From: a candidate division WOR-1 bacterium RIFCSPHIGHO2_01_FULL_53_15
GTDB taxonomy: Bacteria; Margulisbacteria; WOR-1; O2-12-FULL-45-9; XYB2-FULL-48-7
DNA length: 64,000 nt
Assembly: GCA_001772335.1 (NCBI GenBank)
Contig: METM01000024.1
Span: forward strand, 307 to 64,306
Reading direction: 5' to 3'
A program made the position numbers and the translations under genes. The notes under the pieces were generated by a model. The model was not told the DNA's origin. It worked only from the letters and a program-made list of their open reading frames with translations, and made no database searches. Shown in pieces: positions 60,447 to 64,000 of the stretch; the stretch's first letter is position 1, and every line of letters starts with the position of its first letter.

Positions 60447-62000
60447 ATGTCGGAACAAAAACCAAGAGAGCAGTGGGGGACCAAGCTCGGCGTCATCATG
60501 GCGGTGGCCGGCTCGGCCGTCGGCCTCGGCAATTTCCTGCGCTTCCCGGTCCAGGCGGCGCAGAACGGCGGCGGCGCCTTCATGATCCCATATTTTATTT
60601 CTTTCCTGCTGCTCGGCATACCGCTCATGTGGATCGAATGGGCGATCGGCCGCTACGGCGGGCTCTTTGGCCACGGCAGCGCCCCCTTTATCCTCAACCG
60701 CCTCTGGAAGCACCGCGTCGTCAAATACCTTGGCGTGATCGGGATCTTCGGCCCGATCGTCGTTTTTATTTACTATACATATATTGAATCGTGGCTGCTG
60801 GGCTACGCCTTCTTTGCCCTGACCGGAAAGCTCTTAGCCATTGCCACACCGGAAGGGATGAAGGGCTTTCTGGCCGCCTATCAGGGACTGGCGCCGGGGA
60901 GCAACATCTGGACGGCTTATATATTTTTCCTGATCACCTTTGCGCTGAATTTCTATTTCCTCTATCGCGGCGTCCAGGCGGGGATCGAACTCCTCTGCAA
61001 GATCGCCCTGCCGGTCCTTTTCCTCTTCGGCGCCATTGTCGCGGTCCGGGTGCTGACTTTTGGCGCGCCTGACCCGGCGCGCCCCGACTGGAACGTCCTT
61101 AACGGGCTTGGCTTTTTGTGGAATCCCGACTTTTCTGTCCTGACGAACGCCAATGTCTGGCTGGCGGCGGCGGGGCAGATCTTTTTTACTTTGAGCGTCG
61201 GCATGGGTGCGATCCTGACTTACGCCAGCTATCTCAAGCGCGGCGATGACGTCGTCCTCTCCGGGCTGACCGCGGCCTCGACCAATGAATTGGCGGAGGT
61301 CGTTCTCGGCGGCTCGATCGTCATTCCCGCGGCGTTCGCCTTCTTCGGCCTGGCCGGCGCTACCGCCGCCGCCCACAGCGGCGCCTTCAACCTCGGCTTT
61401 GTCACGATGCCGCTGATCTTCGGCCAGATACCCCTCGGCGAGATCTTTGCTCTCCTCTGGTTCGCGCTTCTCTTTCTGGCCGGGCTGACTTCGTCGGTCT
61501 CGCTGGCCGAGCCGGCCGTCGCTTTTGTCTGCGATGAGTTTGACCTTGACCGCAAAACGGCCATCCGGCGGCTGGGCGTTGTCCTTTTTATCCTCATGCA
61601 GTTCCCGATCTTCTTCTTAGGGCACGGTGTGGTCGACGAACTCGACTTCTGGGCCGGGACGTTCTGCCTTGTCCTCTTCGGTACGATCGAGGCGGTCCTC
61701 TTTGTCTGGGTCTTCGGCATCGAGAAGGCCTGGGATGAAATGCATCACGGCGCCGAGATGCGGATCCCCGGCTTTTACAAGCCGATCATCAAGTATGTGA
61801 CACCGCTCTTCCTCTGCTTCATACTCGGCTTTTGGTTTTACCAACAGGCACTGCCCCTCCTCTTGATGCAGGGGGTTTCCCCGGAAGCGCGGCCCTATGT
61901 CCTGGCCACGCGCTTCGGCCTGATCCTGCTCTTCTTAGCCATTGCTTTACTTGTCAGGATCGCGTGGTACAGAAAAAAAGCGCAGGGGAAAGTCGAATGA
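60447..62000 (+). CDS. Sodium-dependent transporter, NSS/SNF family
   Basis: WGTKLGVIMAVAGSAVGLGNFLRFPVQAAQNGGGAFMIPY is the canonical NSS N-terminal motif. About 12 TM segments. Confidence 0.9.
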   Translation: MSEQKPREQWGTKLGVIMAVAGSAVGLGNFLRFPVQAAQNGGGAFMIPYFISFLLLGIPLMWIEWAIGRYGGLFGHGSAPFILNRLWKHRVVKYLGVIGIFGPIVVFIYYTYIESWLLGYAFFALTGKLLAIATPEGMKGFLAAYQGLAPGSNIWTAYIFFLITFALNFYFLYRGVQAGIELLCKIALPVLFLFGAIVAVRVLTFGAPDPARPDWNVLNGLGFLWNPDFSVLTNANVWLAAAGQIFFTLSVGMGAILTYASYLKRGDDVVLSGLTAASTNELAEVVLGGSIVIPAAFAFFGLAGATAAAHSGAFNLGFVTMPLIFGQIPLGEIFALLWFALLFLAGLTSSVSLAEPAVAFVCDEFDLDRKTAIRRLGVVLFILMQFPIFFLGHGVVDELDFWAGTFCLVLFGTIEAVLFVWVFGIEKAWDEMHHGAEMRIPGFYKPIIKYVTPLFLCFILGFWFYQQALPLLLMQGVSPEARPYVLATRFGLILLFLAIALLVRIAWYRKKAQGKVE

Positions 62001-62104
62001 ACATCTCTGGCTGGATATTTTTGATCGTCTCGTGGGGCTTTATCATTGGGATAAGCTTTTACTGCTTCTGGCGCGTCCTGCGGGAGCCGACCGAAGAGCT
62101 TTGA
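61997..62104 (+). CDS. 35-aa single-TM micro-protein, putative small subunit of the NSS transporter (MetS-like)
   Basis: ATGA overlap with the transporter stop. MNISGWIFLIVSWGFIIGISFYCFWRVLREPTEEL is one TM helix plus a charged tail, the arrangement known for MetP/MetS-type pairs. Confidence 0.5.
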   Translation: MNISGWIFLIVSWGFIIGISFYCFWRVLREPTEEL

Positions 62105-62927
62105 TCACGTCCTGAACGACCCACTCCGGGGTCGAGGCGCCGGCGGTGATGCCGACCTTTTTCTTGCCGACTAACCAACCAACAGACAATTCTTCGACCG
62201 TCTCGATCTGATGGGTCTCCGTCCCGGTCTTGGCGCAAAGCTCGGTCAGCCGCTTGGTGTTGGCGCTCAGCCGGTCGCCGATGACGAGCACGAGGTTGAC
62301 CCGGCGCGCCAGCTCGACCGCCGCGCTCTGGCGCTTGGTGGTGGCGCCGCAGATCGTGTCGTACTCGCGGACATCCTTGGCGATCTTTCGAAGCGCGGAG
62401 ACCATCGCGTCAAAGTGCTCTTCGGGCTGGGTCGTTTGCGCCAGAATGCCGACAGGCGTTTCAGACGCGAGTCCCAACTTTCCCAGGTCCTCGACTTTTT
62501 CCACAACGTTGGCCTTGCCGCCGCTCCAGCCGACGATCCCCTTGACCTCGGGGTGGCCCTTGTCGCCGACGATAATGACGAGGCGCCCCTCGTCAGAAAA
62601 TTCCTTGGCGATCTTCTGCGCCTTTTTGACCCAGGGGCAGGTCGTGTCAAGAATCTCGAGCTTAAGTTTTTTGGCGGCCTCATAAACCTCGGGGCCGACG
62701 CCGTGGGCGGAAATGATGAGGATACCCTGCGCGCCATGGGGGATTTCCGAGATATCGGAGACGGTCTTGACGCCGAAGTTCTTGAGGCGCTCGACGACTA
62801 ATTTGTTGTGGACGAGATTGCCCAGCATGTAGGCCGATTTTGACGCCTCGGCGGTCTCGAGCGCGATGCGGAACGCCCGCTCAACCCCGACGCAGAAACC
62901 GGAGTGCTCGGCGATGAGTACTTCCAA
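62043..62927 (-). CDS. ispH: 4-hydroxy-3-methylbut-2-enyl diphosphate reductase (IspH/LytB)
   Basis: GFCVGVERA, SAHGV, TTCPWVKKAQ, GHPEVKG, AQTTQ, TICGATTKRQ, GDRLSANTKRL. TTG start. Confidence 0.95.
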   Translation of the reverse strand: MEVLIAEHSGFCVGVERAFRIALETAEASKSAYMLGNLVHNKLVVERLKNFGVKTVSDISEIPHGAQGILIISAHGVGPEVYEAAKKLKLEILDTTCPWVKKAQKIAKEFSDEGRLVIIVGDKGHPEVKGIVGWSGGKANVVEKVEDLGKLGLASETPVGILAQTTQPEEHFDAMVSALRKIAKDVREYDTICGATTKRQSAAVELARRVNLVLVIGDRLSANTKRLTELCAKTGTETHQIETVEELSVGWLVGKKKVGITAGASTPEWVVQDVIKALRSAPAGRARSSKSLSQ

Positions 62928-62932
62928 ACTAT

Positions 62933-64000
62933 TTAATCCGCTTTGAACGGCACAATGTCGGTAATAGTATAGCCCTCGGCCGAGACGCGGCTGTCGGCCG
63001 TCGTGCTGGTCAGAAGCTGGGAGGCCACGTAAGAAGTGTTGTTGCTGAGATCATAGACGTCATAATAGAGCTTGCCCGTGCTCGAGTCATAGTTAAAGTT
63101 GAATATCTCGACATTCGAGAGGGTGGGGATCATGTCGGTCGGGGCGGCCGCCGGATCGTTCAAGTCAAGCCGGAAGATCTTGTACATGCCGACTTTGTTC
63201 GAGAGATAAACCGCATAATTGCCGAAGGAGCGCACCTTGCTCATCGACTTGAAATAATTTGCGGTATCCTGCTGGAAGCCGACTATCTCGGCGCTGCCGG
63301 AGGCGTTAACAATCTGGAAAAGCTTATCGCCCTTGGAGCTCCCCGCGCCCCAGTCATCGAGCCGCATGACCGCGTAGAGCTTGCCGCTTGAGGCGAAGAC
63401 GATCTGCTTGGCGTTGCCGAAGCGGATGCCGTTCAAGCCGTTCTCTTCGCGCCACTTGGTCCACGTCACGCCGGTGACGTTGGCCGCGATCAAATTATCA
63501 AGAAAATTGTTTATCTGCCAGCTTTCAAGCGTGGCGGCCAGCCCTGCGAAAGTTATGCTGTCAAGCGTGTCGGCTGTGACGCTCTGGTATTTTTTACGGA
63601 TGAAAGCGCGAATTGAGGCCTCGGTTACTCCTGCTTCAAGTGAGAGTGAAGGTTTGACCTGCCCGTAACTGTCAGTTATAAAAAATCTTTTGTTGGCCAT
63701 CTCGGTCGGGTCCCAGTAGCCCCAGGTGAGCTGGCTGCCGATCGTGGTGTAGGTGTCGTTGTACATGTTGTTGTCGTCGTAGAGCGCCTCGACCAGCGCG
63801 GGAGCGCCGGTTGAATTGAGCTTGACCCGGGTGATGCCGGAATATTTCTGGGGGATCGCGCTTTCGTTGAGGAGTGTCAGGTTCTCGCCGATCAGCATGA
63901 CGTAATTCTCGCCGCCGTAGGTGTAATAGTAATAGGCGCGCAGCCAGCCGGCGCCGTCATTATAAAAGATGGTGTTGACGGTGCTGCCGTAGATGATCCG
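62933..64000 (-). CDS. Large hypothetical protein, C-terminal >=355 codons (5' end beyond the right edge)
   Basis: The frame is open from 62933 to the window end; sequence upstream of track Met 63898 reads ...IIYGSTVNTIFYNDGAGWLRAYYYYTYGGENYV without a stop. It is Tyr/Asn/Thr/Gly-rich and beta-rich. The stop lies 5 nt before the ispH start. I recognise no family. Confidence 0.65.
   Translation of the reverse strand, partial: RIIYGSTVNTIFYNDGAGWLRAYYYYTYGGENYVMLIGENLTLLNESAIPQKYSGITRVKLNSTGAPALVEALYDDNNMYNDTYTTIGSQLTWGYWDPTEMANKRFFITDSYGQVKPSLSLEAGVTEASIRAFIRKKYQSVTADTLDSITFAGLAATLESWQINNFLDNLIAANVTGVTWTKWREENGLNGIRFGNAKQIVFASSGKLYAVMRLDDWGAGSSKGDKLFQIVNASGSAEIVGFQQDTANYFKSMSKVRSFGNYAVYLSNKVGMYKIFRLDLNDPAAAPTDMIPTLSNVEIFNFNYDSSTGKLYYDVYDLSNNTSYVASQLLTSTTADSRVSAEGYTITDIVPFKAD

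Noticed and set aside
1-64000. Mobile elements, prophage genes, rRNA/tRNA, CRISPR-Cas
   Set aside because: I recognised no transposase, integrase, recombinase, phage structural or Cas motifs in any frame. No intergenic segment is long or structured enough for tRNA or rRNA.

Overview
64-kb window from a GC-rich, probably uncultivated diderm bacterium (BamA, TamB and outer-membrane barrels are present). I recognised no rRNA, tRNA, CRISPR array, transposase or integrase.

**Core genome (37.7-64 kb).** This part is ordinary:
- A DUF1015-parB-parA-rsmG-bamA-tamB operon.
- An OM barrel plus lipoprotein.
- gmk-rpoZ-coaBC, an FmdB-like zinc ribbon, priA and def.
- Two small secreted proteins, a histidine kinase and fmt.
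- An AMIN/phosphodiester-glycosidase protein, an NSS transporter with a micro-subunit, and ispH.
- Nucleotidyltransferase toxin-antitoxin-like cassettes interrupt the region at 32-36 kb and 52.4-53.4 kb.

**Accessory island (1-31.9 kb).** All genes are on the minus strand, and most encode very large proteins I cannot place:
- A 2154-aa polytopic membrane protein.
- A 529-aa single-TM protein.
- A 1354-aa GH26-like domain fused to a helical solenoid.
- A 1387-aa TPR-like solenoid with a C-terminal beta-barrel-like region.
- A PKD-repeat protein, a membrane Hanks kinase and a coiled-coil protein.
- A small Ca-loop membrane protein.
- A giant adhesin of at least 1975 aa (Calx-beta x6, FN3/Ig, IPT/TIG). 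It runs off the left edge, so it is missing from the ORF track.
- A GH16 lichenase-like operon adjoins the island.

**Shared promoter motif.** Seven copies of one ECF-sigma-like motif (TGAAAT-N16-CGAtAa) precede the island's transcription units, the GH16 operon and a UDP-sugar pyrophosphorylase gene. One copy carries a C10/G10 tract in its spacer.

**Main candidate.** The island plus this motif-defined regulon is the best candidate for an undescribed envelope, glycan or adhesin system. Function is inferred only.

**Coordinates.** Small motifs were hand-indexed (+/-2 nt). CDS ends follow the ORF track except where a better start is argued.
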